DNA of 64,000 bases from Heterodontus francisci (taxonomy: Eukaryota). The notes below the pieces were generated by a model. The model did not search any database and was not told the origin of the DNA. It was given only the letters and a program-made list of their open reading frames with translations. Positions 49,200-62,466 of this stretch are shown here, piece by piece (positions within the stretch are counted from its first letter, which is position 1; every line of letters begins with the position of its first letter). A program made the position numbers and the translations under genes. The DNA lies in NCBI RefSeq assembly GCF_036365525.1, contig NC_090397.1, positions 56,398,091-56,462,090 of the forward strand, read 5' to 3'.

Positions 49200-49537
49200 G
49201 GGCGGCGCAGTGGTTAGCACCGCAGCCTCACAGCTCCAGCGACCTGGGTTCAATTCCGGGTACTGCTTGTGTGGAGTTTGCAAGTTCTCCCTGTGTCTGC
49301 GTGGGTTTCCTCCGGGTGCTCCGGTTTCCTCCCACAGCCAAAAGACTTGCAGGTTGATAGGTAAATTGGCCATTATAAATTGCCCCTAGTATAGGTAGGT
49401 GGTAGGGGAATATAGGGACAGGTGAGGTTGTGGTAGGAATACGGGATCAGTGTAGGATTAGTATAAATGGGTGGTTAATGGTCAGCACGGACTCGGTGGG
49501 CCGAAGGGCCTGTTTCAGTGCTGTATCTCTAAAATCT
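49200..49537 (+). mobile_element. HE1-type SINE
   Basis: Same consensus. Confidence 0.88.
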
Positions 49538-51799
49538 AAAAAAAAAATCTAGAAGGTGCTGCAAAGCTTTGATGTATTTTAAAGTGATCACACTTGGGCG
49601 AGATTCATGAGACTGGAGCTTGTTACATTGTGTAGTATAATTGGCTCATTCATATATGGAGCCACCTGTGTGCCATGCAGATGAAGTTCACTCCAGTCTG
49701 AGTAAAACATCAATTTAAAATAACCCTTTCCATTTGACTCGGGCCTCTCTTTTTCTAGTCTGAGAATAACATGAGTACCTTTAATCTGGTATTTAGGCTT
49801 TAAGTACTTTCCAACTTGACCTGAAGCTGCCCATATTTGCAGTTTATTAACAAGACTCCCAACGGACCCAGGGATGGGCCTGACACTATTGAATTCAAAA
49901 GCCCAGGTCTGCAGATCTGAGAGTCGTATAGCAAGGCTGTTAAATTCAAGATCTAGCTGCTGTCCAAATTAGCTTGGAAAAACCTCCACCTCTCATCCCT
50001 CTGCTGCCATCCTGGGAGGAAAAAAGCCTTGTTCCAGTCTCCAGGACATTGCTGCTTGCCACTCACCAATCAGAAGTGTAAGATGTGAGGACAACTTCTT
50101 TTGGAGATCCCTTCAAAGAGGGTGCCCCCCCCGATGCTGGTGGAGCAGGATGGGATGGGATTGCTGGTTACATGTTTGTCTACCTCATCACGTCCATAAG
50201 TACGAGAATCCAGCCCATCTCGGAAAACCCTGGCAATCCCAAGCAAAGTAATGTGGGTGAAGACTCAGCATTGCAAACTCCTCACCCCTTTTAGCCCTTC
50301 TTTGTACATGGGAACTGAGTTTACGAGAGGAAAATCAGACCCCATACTTGCCTTCCTAACTATCTGACATTTATGTTCTTGTTAGTTGCTCAGTGAAGCT
50401 GGTGGCCGGGGGTTGATCAACAATTTCTTGGTAATTCAATGCCCATCCTACCATTGCTGCCAGTCTCTGTAGCCTTTCCTTGAGAGTGTCCAGAGGTGAG
50501 CAACAAAGGCGATTCAAGGGATCAGGCATTTACAGGGAAAAAATTAAGGATCTCAGATTAGATTTGATTGGAAAGAGGAGACTTTAAGGCAACTGTTTCA
50601 ATTTGAAGTCTTGTAAAGACAGGCATGTATAGATTATTAAATGGAATAAGCTAGTTGGTATAATATAGAATTATAAAATATTACACCAGAATAACTGTTT
50701 TAGTTGTTGGATTCAAACACGTCAGACAAATGCAGATGTACTAGGCAGGCTCTCCAGCACAGCAGGAGTGAGTGTGAGAATGAAATGTCAGCTGCTGAAT
50801 GGACTTCAATGTAGAAAGAGAAAAAGTTCCTATGACAATAAATATCTGAAGAGATAAAGGCTTAAAGCGAAAGAGAATTATTATAAGTACATGCATGGTG
50901 AACATCCAGAGTGTGATAAACCCAAAATACATTAATTGACTGGTAAACTGAATGATGGCAACTGATTTCACAGTTAAATAAGCTGATGTATTAATTGACA
51001 GGAATGGTGTATTGGACCCAGCGGTTATCCTTATAAATATCGGTGACTGTTGTACTTGAGTGTTATTTCGAAGAGCAGGGGAGTTATCCCTGTGTCCTCG
51101 CCAATATCTGTCCCTCAAACAAACACAAAAAACCCAGATCATCTAGTGATTATCACATTGCTGTTTGTGGGAGCTGACTGTGTGCAAATTGGCTGCCACG
51201 TTCCCTATGTTCCAATAGTGACCACCCTTTGGGACGTCCTGCAGTAGTGAAAGGTGCTAAATAAATGCAAGTCTTTTTTGAGTAACTCTGCCTAATCTAT
51301 TCTGGGACTACTTGGAATCTGAACTGGATATCCTTCCATTTGCATAAGTCCCTAGATGCCCTTTTTCACTTTGCAACAGCTGACTGCGAGAACACTTAGT
51401 AAGATGAAGCTGGGTTTATATCATTCAGCTGGTTTATTTCACAGCAAGTGAATGCAGATCAACATTTATGATCAGATTCACGTAATTCAATGAGTACAAC
51501 TTATTTTTGCATTTTTATGCAAAGACAATGAGTATGTTATGCTTTCCAACATCAGTGGGTAGTCTTTATTGATTTAAACAAGACAATTAGTAATTACCCT
51601 CCTACGTTCTAACCTTCTAACTGTGGTAAATGCGTGCCTTGGCAATCTAGTTTTTTTTAAAAAATCATCAATGTGTCTTTCCCAATATGTATTATCCACA
51701 GGTGAGGGCAGGGCCTGTTGTGGACAAGCCCTGCAGAGCATGTCTGACCATGGACTTCCCAACACACTGGATGTGGCTGTTTATCAAATGTAGATAGTC

Positions 51800-53422
51800 T
51801 GGGTCATGTAGTTATCAAAAAGGAGGAGGTGTTGGGCGTCTTGCAAAGCATTAAGGTAGATAAGTCCCCAGGGCCTGATGGGATCTACCCCAGAATACTG
51901 AGGCAGGCAAGGGAAGAAATTGCTCGGGCCTTGACAGAAATCTTTGTATCCTCATTGGCTACAGGTGAGGTCCCAGAGGATTGGAGAATAGCCAATGTTG
52001 TTCCTTTGTTTAAGAAGGGTAGCAAGGATAATCCAGGAAATTATAGGCCGATGAGCCTTACATCAGTGGTAGGGAAATTATTGGAGAGGATTCTTCGGGA
52101 CAGGATTTACTCCCATTTGGACACAAATTAACTTATTAGCGAGAGGCAGCATTGTTTTGTGAAGGGGAGGTCGTGTCTCACTAACTTGATTGAGTTTTTT
52201 GAGGAAGTGACGAAGATGATTATGAAGGAAGGGCAATGGATGTTGTCTATATGGACTTCAATAACGCCTTTGACAAGGTCCCTCATGGCAGACTGGTACA
52301 AAAGGTGAAGTCACACGGGATCAGAGGTGAGCCGGTAAGATGGATACAGAACTGGCTCGGTCATAGAAGACAGAGGGTAGCAGTGGAAGGGTGCTTTTCT
52401 GAATGGAGGGATGTGACTAGTGGTGTTCCGCAGGGATCAGTGCCGGGACCTTTGCTATTTGTAGTATATATAAATGATTTGGAGGAAAATGTAGCTGGTC
52501 TGATTAGTTATTTTGCGGACGACACAAAGGTTGGTGGAGTTGCGGATAGTGATGAGGATTGTCAGAGGATACAGCAGGATATAGATTGGTTGGAGACTTG
52601 GGCGGAGAAATGGCAGATGGAGTTTAATCCGGACAAATGTGAGGTAATGCATTTTGGAAGGTCTAATAACGGTGGGAAGCATACAGTAAATGGCAGAACC
52701 CTTAGGAGTATTGACGGGCAGAGAGATCTGGGCGTCCATTCCACAGGTCACTGAAAGTGGCAACGCAGGTGGATAAGGTAGTCAAGAAGGCATACGGCAT
52801 GCTTGCCTTGATTGGTCGGGGCATAGAGTATAAAAATTGGCAAGTCATGTTGCAGCTGTACAGAACTTTAGTTAGGCCATACTTAGAATATTGTGTGCAA
52901 TTCTGGTCGCCACACTACCAGAAGCACGTGGAGGCTTTGGAGAGGGTAAAGAAGAGGTTTACCAGGATGTTGCCTGGTCTGGAGGGCGTTAGCTATGAGG
53001 AGAGGTTGGATAAACTCAGATTGTTTTCACTGGAACGACGGAGCTGGAGGGGCGACATGATAGAGGTTTACAAAGTTATGAGTGGCATGGACAGAGTGGA
53101 TAGTCAGAAACTTTTTCCCAGGGTGAAAGAGTCAGTTACTAGGGAACATAGGTTTAAGGCGCGAGGGGCACAGTTTAGAGGGGATGTGCGAGGCAAGTTC
53201 TTTACACAGAGGGTGGTGAGTGCCTGGAACTTGCTGCCGGGAGAGGTGGTGGTAGCAGGTATGATAGCGACGTTTAAGAGGCATCATGACAAATACATGA
53301 ATAGGATGGAAATAGAGGGATACGGTCCCCGGAAGTGCAGAAGGTTTTAGTTTAGACAGGCATCAAGAACGGTGCAGGCTTGGAGGGCCGAATGGCCTGT
53401 TCCTGTGCTATACTGTTCTTTG
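51800..53422 (+). mobile_element. 5'-truncated CR1-clade LINE (HER1-like) RT
   Basis: KSPGPDGIYP, PGNYRP, DFNNAFDKVPH, GVPQGS, FADDTK, LEYCVQFWSP; frameshifted; 3' tail GGCCTGTTCCTGTGCT. Confidence 0.93.
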
Positions 53423-53714
53423 TACTGAGACAGGCAATTGAATTGTTTGTTTTAAATCATGGAGAAACAACTGAACTATCTAGCACTTTAGCATTTAACC
53501 ATGTACCTCTGGTTTTTTAACCTTGTCTGAACACATGTTGCTTTAAAATCGCAACATTTCAATTCAGTATACAGTTTTGATCCTATTTTCGATAAATGCA
53601 ATTTATGGATCTTTGATTAATATCACTTGATTCAGTATACAGATCTTAAACTGGCATCTGGTACTTTTTACCAATCCTGTACCCGAATACTAACTAAAGT
53701 GGTGGGAAAAATTA

Positions 53715-54387
53715 TGGCGGTTATTTTGGCCAGAAGGTGAAAACCAGAGCTAAATGGGTGATGTGCTTCTCAGACACACCAGTTTGAAAATCTGGATTTA
53801 GCATATAGTTTTGGTCCTAATTGCTGATTACCATCATTTAGCTGGCCTGGAGGTGCTAAACCAGACATCTGTAGGTTTAGCACTGAAGTGCTGCGAAGAC
53901 GCAATTTTTGTGGAGCGGTGTAGGTGGGCTCCTCGCACCCACTCCACTGAAGGTGTGGCATGCACTAGCTAGCACACATAAGCATGTTGCTAGAGTGTTG
54001 GTGGAGTCTTGACAGTGTTCAAAAAAGTCTTGCAATGTGTTTCAGAGGTCCTCTTCACACCAACTGAACAAGAAATTGTGAATATCCCTTTACTTGCATT
54101 TGAAATCCACATCAATGTCTTTATTACTCCCAATTATCTGCTTGCTGTCAAGAGGGCATTAGAACAAGCGCTAACCATCAAGATGCCATAAAGCTTCCTT
54201 AATGAACGCTAGCAGGCATTTTAAGTGGCAATCAACCCCTTACTTAGCAAGCTTCCAGTGGCCGTTCCTGTTATTCACTTCCACCCCTTTAACAAGATGA
54301 CGTCTTGCTCTAAATCAGCATTTCAGCTCAAGACCTCACCGCGCTCAGAGGATAGTTAGCACCTGAACACACTGCCAAAAATCGCCC
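53715..54387. mobile_element. MITE-like repeat; related copy at ~43930-44835 is split by a CR1 insertion
   Basis: Imperfect TIRs GGCGGTTATTTTGGCCAG / CTGCCAAAAATCGCCC; shared blocks GCAGGCATTTT.AGTGGCA.TCAACCCCTT and GCATTTCAGCTCA. Confidence 0.55.
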
Positions 54388-54476
54388 ATTTTATAGGAAA
54401 TTTAGTGATCAATTCTCATCTCAGTTCTCAATGGAACGCTTTAACCATTTGGTCATTTTTATTCTAAATATCCTAG

Positions 54477-54638
54477 ATAAACTACTGGTTACTGGAACTG
54501 ATGTCCAAAATCAACCTTCAGAAAGAGAAAAGCAAAGAAATAGACTGATACCTTTCACTGTAGCTATGGTTGTTACAATTGGACTTGTAGTTGCATTTTG
54601 GAAAATGAGAAACGTGAAGCAACAAGATTCTGACGAGA
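54477..54638 (+). CDS. Exon: stalk + transmembrane + juxtamembrane (gene B)
   Basis: tcctag|AT ... A|gtgagt, 162 nt, phase 1-1; DKLLVTGTDVQNQPSEREKQRNRLIPFTVAMVVTIGLVVAFWKMRNVKQQDSDE. Confidence 0.82.
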
Positions 54639-55598
54639 GTGAGTAAAATGTTTAGAAATATTAGGCACTCCGATCTGTATAAATATAAATACGAATTTAG
54701 TACTTGGAAAGAATCTTTTATAACAATTGAATTACAAAATTCAGTATAAATATTCTTGAATATGTATGGGTTATAGGTTTTTTTTACATGGCTGTGAACT
54801 TATTACTTTTTATCCCACTTCTGTACTGGCTAAGCCTTAAAAATGATGTTGGTGTTTGCCACAAGACTGACAGCTTTATGGATATAAAATTGAGAATGTT
54901 ATAGGTGCAAGATGTGTAATATGATTGAGTCCTATAGATATATGATTTGTGATACGATTGTTAACTTATACTAAGGAAACCATGTTTAGTGTTGGATGAC
55001 TTAGTTACATTTATACTACAAACATAGTTTCATAGTGAAGTGATTTTTCTCCACATCAACATTAATAAGTTATAAGGGTAGATTTTCCAAATTCCCACTC
55101 CAAGCATGCAACCTCTTCACTGGGACTGCACATTTAAAAAAAATCTCCTCCTTAGTGTAAATTGAGAGTCAGGGGTTGACTTGACTGAGGATCAAGAGCT
55201 CCTTCTCCGGCGAAAGCTTCACCGTGGGCTCGAGTCAGCTCCTAACTCCAGTATTACACAACATCATAGTATCATTGAGAAGTGGAGCTACTTGACACCA
55301 GTGCTAAGATTCTAGTGTGAATGGAGTCTGAAACTGTGCTTCTGACTCACTGAGCAGCAAACCATTACACAATAAGGATCACAGAACACTGCTCCACACA
55401 TGCCTAGTCACTATAATCTCAGGTTGTGACTTGTGGAGAATCTTGTCAGATTTGTTGCCATTTAATCTCATCAAATGTTCTGTGCAGTATTAAATTTTAG
55501 ATATAGTATGTTGATGATTTCTACAGATTCCAGCTGCAGTAAGAGAAACCACTTGTTAAGAATCAGACACTAACTCGAACTTATTCTATATTTTTCAG

Positions 55599-55628
55599 AA
55601 ACACCTTTGCTAGGAGACGCTTTAGAAG
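55599..55628 (+). CDS. Short cytoplasmic linker exon (gene B)
   Basis: ctatatttttcag|AA ... G|gtattg, 30 nt, phase 1-1; KTPLLGDALE; no stop codon. Confidence 0.6.
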
Positions 55629-56223
55629 GTATTGACCTGAGTTCTGTTTTGTGTTCTTATTGGACTGTAGGATATGTAATGCAGCTGCATTAGCTACAGT
55701 AATAGACATGGCCTCTCTTAATTATTTTAATCCATCTGTACAAATAACCTCACCTAATCGTCAGAGACCTGTGATGACATATTTGCTTTTGTAATTTAGC
55801 TAGGCAAAGAATAGAAGTTTAATCATTAAGGAATTTGAAACATGGACACCATATGCCAAAGGAGATATAAAATAGAGACACATAAGTCAGGTTTAAGCTG
55901 TGAAAAATGATAAGATATTGAAAGACAATTTAGCTTATCAGGCTAACACCTTTCAGAAAATATGTACAGCCTAATAGGTATCTGCAGTTCAGTGTCCTCC
56001 AAGAGCTACCAGATAAGGCCACATTGATGGGGAGAATAGGAAGGGAGGTACCCCTTTAATACTTTGATACCATGTTGATGTCCCTTCCCACATTGCACAT
56101 TGATGAGGAGTCTGACTTGGTTTTCATCAGATGCTCCCATTAGATCTTCCAAAAAAATCTTTGGAATGCTGCACGAACTTTTCCTGTTAAAAACAGCAAC
56201 TTCAACAACGTATATTTATATAG

Positions 56224-56445
56224 AATAAAAACAAGAAATGCTGGAACCACTCAGCAGGTCTGGCAGCATCTGTGAAAAGAGAAGCAGAGTAAACGTTTCG
56301 GGTCATTGGTTCCGATGAAGGGTCACTGACCCGAAACGTTTACTCTGCTTCTCTTTTCACAGATGCTGCCAGACCTGCTGAGTGGTTCCAGCATTTCTTG
56401 TTTTTATTTCAGATTTCCAGCATCCGCAGTATTTTGCTTTTATTT
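56224..56445. repeat. Short palindromic Penelope-terminus repeat
   Basis: Near-perfect ~80-bp inverted arms (56224-56305, 56327-56408). Confidence 0.82.
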
Positions 56446-56449
56446 TAGT

Positions 56450-57100
56450 ATATTTATATAGCACCTTTAATGTAGTAAAACATCCCAATGTGCTTTGCAG
56501 GAGCATTATAAGACAAAGTATAGCTCTGAGCCACAAAAGGAGATATTGGGTCAGATGACCAAAGGTTTGGTCAAAGAGGTAGGATTTAAGGAGTGTCTTA
56601 AAGAAGGGAAGCAAGGTGGAGAGGTGCAGAGAGATTGGGGCCTAGGCAACTAAAGGCACAGCTACCAATGATGGAGTGATTAAATTCAGGGATGCACAAG
56701 AGGCCAGAGTTAGAGGAGCACAAGTATCTTGGAAGGTTGTGGGGCTGGAGGAGATTACAGAGGTCGGGAGTGGCAAGGTCATGGAGGGATTTGAAAACAA
56801 AGAGGAGAATTTTAAAATCAAGACATTGCTTGACGATGAGCCAGTGTAGGTCAGCAAGCACAGGGGTGATAGGGGAAAAGGACTTGGTGCGAGTTAAGAC
56901 ACGGGCAGCAGAGTTTTGGATGACCTCATGTTTACGGAGAGTAGTATGTGGGAGACCAGCCAGGAGGGCATTGGAATAGTCAAAGCTAGAGGTTACGAAG
57001 GCACAATTGAGGATTTCAGCAGCATATGGGCTAAGACGGGGTGAAGTCAGGTGATGTTATAGAAGTGGAAAAAGACAGTCTTGTGATGGCACGAATATGA
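56450..57100 (-). mobile_element. L2-like LINE 3' fragment
   Basis: LADLHWLIVKQCLDFKILLFVFKSLH and FKTLLKSYLF fragments. Confidence 0.78.
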
Positions 57101-57166
57101 GATCGTGTTCTGTTTAAATGCTGCTACAATTATTTCAGCATCAAGCACTAATTTAATTGAAGCACG

Positions 57167-59605
57167 AACAAGAAATGCTGGAAATACTCAGCAGGTCTGG
57201 CAGCATCTTTGGAGAGAGAAGCAGAGTTAACGTTTCAGGTCAGTGACCCTTCATCAGAACTGGCAGATATCGGAAATGTAAAAGGTTTTAAGCAAGTAAA
57301 GCGGGGGTGGGGCAAGAGATAACAAAAGAGGTGTTGATAGGACAAAGTCACAGAGAATAACCGACCAGAAGGTCATGGAGCAAAGGCAAACGGTAGTTAA
57401 TGGTGTTCTGAAAGACAAAGCATTAGTACAGAGAGGGTGTTAATGGACAGAGAAGTGAACAGCCTGGACCCAAGCACAAACATGAAAAAACAGTGGGTAG
57501 GCACAGTAGAAACAAACTAAAATAAAATAAACACATAAAAAAGAGAAAATAATTAAAAAGAAAAAGAGGGGCCCATCATGCTCTGAAATTATTGAACTCA
57601 ATGTTCAGTCCGGCAGGCAGTAGCGTGCCTAATCGGTAAATGAGATGCTGTCCCTCGAGCTTGCGTTGATGTTCACTGGAACACTGCAGCAAACCCAGGA
57701 CAGAGATGTGAGCATGAGAGCAGGGGGGGGGGGGGGGGGGAAGTGTTGAAATGGCCAGCAACCGGAAGATCAGGGTCATGCTTTTGGACTGAGCGGAGGT
57801 GTTCTGCAAAGCGGTCACCCAGTTTGCATTTGGTCTCCCCAATGTAGAGGAGACCACATTGTGAGCAGCGAATACTGTATACTAAATTGAAAGAAGTACA
57901 AGTAAATCGCTGCTTCACCTGAAAGGAATGTTTGGGGCCTTGGATATTGAGGAGAGAGGAGGTAAAGGGCAGGTATTATACCTCCTGTGATTGCAGGGGA
58001 AGGTGCCATGGGAAGGGGATGAGATTGTGGGGGTAATGGAGGAGTGGACCAGGGTGCAGCGGAGGGAACGGTCCCTTCGGAATGCTGACAGGGGAAGGGA
58101 GGGGAAGATGCATTTGGTAGTGGCAACACGCTGGAGGTGGCGAAAATGGCAGAGCATGATCCTTTGGATGTGGAGGCTGATGGGGTGGAAAGTGAGGGCA
58201 AGGGGAACCCTGTCGTGGTTCTGGGAGGGAGGGGAAGGGGTGAGGGTAGAGGTGCGGGAAATGGGCCAGACACGGTTGAGGGCCCTGAGAACCATAGTGG
58301 GGGAGATTCCTCGATTGAGGAAAAAGGAAGACATATCAGAAGCGCTGTTATGGAAGGTAGCATCATCAGAGCAGATGTGTCAGAGGCGGAGAAACTGGGA
58401 GAATGGAATGGAGTCCTTACAGGAGGCAGAGTGTTAAGAAGTGTAGTCGAGGTAGCTGTGGGAGTCGTTGGGTTTGTAATGAATATTAGTAGACAGCTTA
58501 TCCCCAGAGATGGAGACAGAGAAATCGAGGAAGGGAAGGGAAGGTTCCCCTTGTCCTCACATTCCACCCCACCAGCCTCCACATCCAAAGGATCATCCTC
58601 TGCCATTTCCGCCACCTCCAGCATGATGCCACTACCAAATGCATCTTTCCCTCCCTTCCCCTGTCAGCATTCTGAAGGGCGACACCCTGGTCCACTCCTC
58701 CATTACCCCCACCACCTCGTCCCCTTTCCACGGCACCTTCTCATGCAATCGCACGAGGAGTAATACCTCCCCATTTACCTCCTCTCTCCTCATTATCCAA
58801 GGCCCCAAACATTCCTTGCAGGTGAAGCAACAATTTACTTGTACATCTTTCAATGTCATATACTGTATTCGCTGCTCACAATGTGGTGGTCTCTTCATTG
58901 GTGAAATCAAACGCAGACTGGGTGACCGCTTTGCAGAACACCTCCGCTCAATCTGAAAGCATGGCCCCGATCTTCCGGTTGCTGGCCATTTCAACACTTC
59001 CCCCCCCCCACCCTGCTCTCATGCTCACATTTCTGGCCTGGGATTGCTGTAGTTTTCCAGTGAACATCAATGCAAGCTCGAGGAACAGCATCTCATTTAC
59101 CGATTAGGCACGCTACAACCTGCCGGACTGAACATTGAGTTCACTAATTTCAGAGCATGACGGGCTCCCCTTTTTCTTTTGAGATATGTTTTCTTTTTTA
59201 TGTGTTTATTTTATTTTAGTTTGTTTCTACTGTGCCTACCCACTGTTTTCATGTTTGTGCTTGGGGCCAGGCTGCTCTGTTTTCTGTCAATTAACAACCT
59301 CTCTGTACTAATGCTTTGTCTTTCACCACACCATTAACATACTGTTTGCCATTGCTCCATGACCACCTGATAGGACAAAGTCACAGTGAATAACCTATCA
59401 ACACCTCTTTTGTTATCTCTTGCCCCACCCCCGCTTTACTTGCTTAAAACCTTTTACATTTCCGATATCTGCCAGTTCTGATAAAATGTCACTGACCTGA
59501 AACGCTAACACTGCTTCTTTCTCCACAGATGCTGCCAGACCGGCTGGGTATTTCCAGCATTTCTTGTTTGTCAGATGTCCAGCATCTGCAGTATTTTGCT
59601 TTTAC
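57167..59605. mobile_element. Penelope-like element in inverted configuration (~1 kb arms)
   Basis: 57167-~58210 is the reverse complement of ~58543-59570; both arms encode FTCTSFN..Y.IRCSQCG.L.IGE.K..LGDRFAEHLRS (GIY-YIG). Confidence 0.88.
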
Positions 59606-59624
59606 TAATTTATTTTAATTTTTA

Positions 59625-60820
59625 GCTAATGTAACAGAGAAGGTCGATGAAGGGAATGTGGTGGATTTTGTTCATATTGATTTTAAGAAAGTGTTTTATC
59701 AGGTACCGCAGAAAAGGCTGGTTAACAAAATTGAGGCTCATGGAATAGGAGGGTCAGTGTCCAAATGGATTTTTAAAAAATTGGCTTAAGGAACAACGAG
59801 TCGTAATAAATGGTTGTTTTTCAGACTGGAGGATGATAGGCAGTGGTGTTCCCCAAGGGTCAGTGCCAGGACCACTTTTTTTTTGCTTGGATCTTTGAAT
59901 ACAGAGTAGCATCTCAAAATTTGCTGATGACACCAAAATTGGAGCTGTGAGAAACAGTGAGGATGGTATGAACTGCCTGCAACAGGACATATATAGGCTT
60001 GCAGAATGGGCAGACAGGTGGCAGATGGAATTTAATACTGACAGGTGTGAGGTGATGCATTTTGGCAGAAGGAATAGGGAGAGACAATATATACTTAGTG
60101 GCACAGTTCTGAAGAGTGTGCAGGAACAGAAGGACCTGGAGGTGCAAGAGCGTCGATCTTTGAAGGTGGCAGGACAGATTGAGAGAATGGTTAGTAAAGC
60201 ATGTGGGATCTTGGGTTTCATAAATGGAAACATTGAGTACAAAAGCGGGGAAGTTATGCTGAACTTTTATTGAGCTCTGGTTCGGCCCCATCTGGAGTAT
60301 TGCATCCAGTTCTGGTTACCACACTTTAGGAAGGAAGTGAGGGTCCTTGAGAGGGTGCAGAGGAGATTTACCAGAATGGTTCCAGGGATGGAGGATTTTA
60401 GTTACAAGGTTAAGTTGGAAAAGCTGGGTTTGTTCTCCTTAGAACAAAGGAGATTGAGGGGAGTTTTAATAGACGTATACAAAATTCTGACAGGCTTAGA
60501 TAAATTAGACAAGGAAAAGCTGTTCCCATTAACTCATGATACAAGGACTAGGGGACACAGATTGAAGGTTTTGGGCAAGAGATGTAGGAAGAAATTTTTA
60601 CGTAGCAGGTGGTAATGACCTCGAACTCACTGCCCACAAGAGTGGTGGAAGTGGAGACAATCGATGCTATCAAAATAAAATTGGTTGGCTACTTGAAGGA
60701 AATTGCAAGGCTACAGGGGTCAAGAGGGGGAGTGGAACTGACTGAATAGCTCCATGGGGAGCTGGCATGGGCTCGATGGGCCATATGGCCTCCTTCGGTG
60801 CCGTAAATGACTCTATGACA
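59625..60820 (+). mobile_element. Decayed CR1 LINE fragment
   Basis: GVPQGS, FADDTK, WQMEFN, LERVQRRFTRM fragments and 3' tail. Confidence 0.88.
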
Positions 60821-61067
60821 CTTATCTGTCCAGCATCTTCCATGTGTGTCACATAGATATAAATTGGGACTCAAGCAGTGAACCAAATCTAATGACCCTT
60901 TCTTACAACTTCCATTTGACAGCCTGGCTATGAACCCGTGATGGTCCTTCCATGTTGATTTGCAAGGTATTAATGACAGTCAGCACTGTGTGCCCAAATA
61001 GTCCATGCAGTGCAAAAGGGAGTAATCCATCAACTAGAGGTCATTTATTTGTTTTATTTTATTTTAT

Positions 61068-61372
61068 TTAGAGATACAGCACTGAAACAGGCCCTTCGGC
61101 CCACCGAGTCTGTGCCGATCAACAACCACCCATTTATACTAACCCTGCAGTAATCCCATATTCCCTACCACCTACCTACACTAAGGACAATTTACCATGG
61201 CCAATTTACCTATCACCTGCAAGTCTTTTGGCTTGTGGGAGGAAACCAGAGCACCCGGCGAAAACCCACGCAGACACAGGGAGAACTTGCAAACTCCGCA
61301 CAGGCAGTACCCAGAATCGAACCCGGGTCCATGGAGCTGTGAGGCTGCAGTGCTAACCACTGCGCCACTGTG
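61068..61372 (-). mobile_element. HE1-type SINE
   Basis: Reverse complement of the same consensus. Confidence 0.88.
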
Positions 61373-62466
61373 AAATCACCTCAATGTAGGAATATCTCAG
61401 ATAGCTGCACTCCAGTTCAGCTGCAGTTTTGTGATGGGAACCTGGCCACATAATTCCAACCAATTGTGTTCAGTGCCTACAAGGACTTTGGGTTCAACCA
61501 GAAGAGTTAGTGAACCCTTGAGTTTTGTGATTAATTATCCATACCTCCTTTGACATGTGGCTGGAAATGCTTTTTCATTTCATGCTGAGATCTCTTCGAT
61601 CTATCTTTTTCTGGATATTAATGTTCCATCCATTCGCCCATGTCTTTAAGTTTGAGGTTGGAATGCAGATACTAAATGAACCTGAGTCTTGTACTTTGTC
61701 TAAAACGTAACCGCTGAAACACATATTCTGAAGTATCCAAATTCTAAACAGAGACTTAAAAAGTTGATTTTTACTATGAGGCAGTTTCATTAATGACCGC
61801 ATCCTGCGCCAAGCTCAAGGATATTTATGGTTCCCAGTTGCCCCAATGCATACACACTCCAAGCAGCCTCACTCCAATTAAGGCTTCCTGCGCATCTTTG
61901 TTTCTCATTGTCTATCCATTGGTGGCTGTGCCTGCAGCTACCTAGGCCCCAAGTTCTGGAATTCCCTCCCTAAACTTCTCTCTCTCTCTCCCCTTTAAGA
62001 TGCTGCTTAAAACCAAAGTATTTGATCAAGCTGTCACCTGTTCTAGTATCTCTTTAATATGGCTTGGTGTCAAATTTTATTTGGTAATACTTCTGTGAAG
62101 CACCTTGGGGCATTTTACTGCATCAAAGGCACTATATAAATGTAAGATGTTGTTGCACATATACACTCATCAGGAGTTCCAAGTTTATCTTTCCGATGCA
62201 TCAAATTTTGTGAAATATTTTCATAATTACATCCAATATTCTAAGCTGTGTAATGAATTGCATACCATATATTAAATACAGAGAATGAACGTATAAATAC
62301 TGTAATGTTTTGGAATTTAAATGTAGAAAGAGTTGGGTATTTTTAAAAGCTGGATATGTAACTAACTGCCTGGTGCCCGTTTTCAATTCCTGCTTTTCCT
62401 GTGTTTTGTTAATCCACTGTAATAAAACACATACTCATATCAATAAATTCAACTATTCCCTTCCAG

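Noticed and set aside
55527-55538. 12-nt micro-exon (ctacag|ATTCCAGCTGCA|gtaaga) in gene B
   Set aside because: Frame-neutral and possible, but the following intron would be only 60 nt; not supportable without reads.
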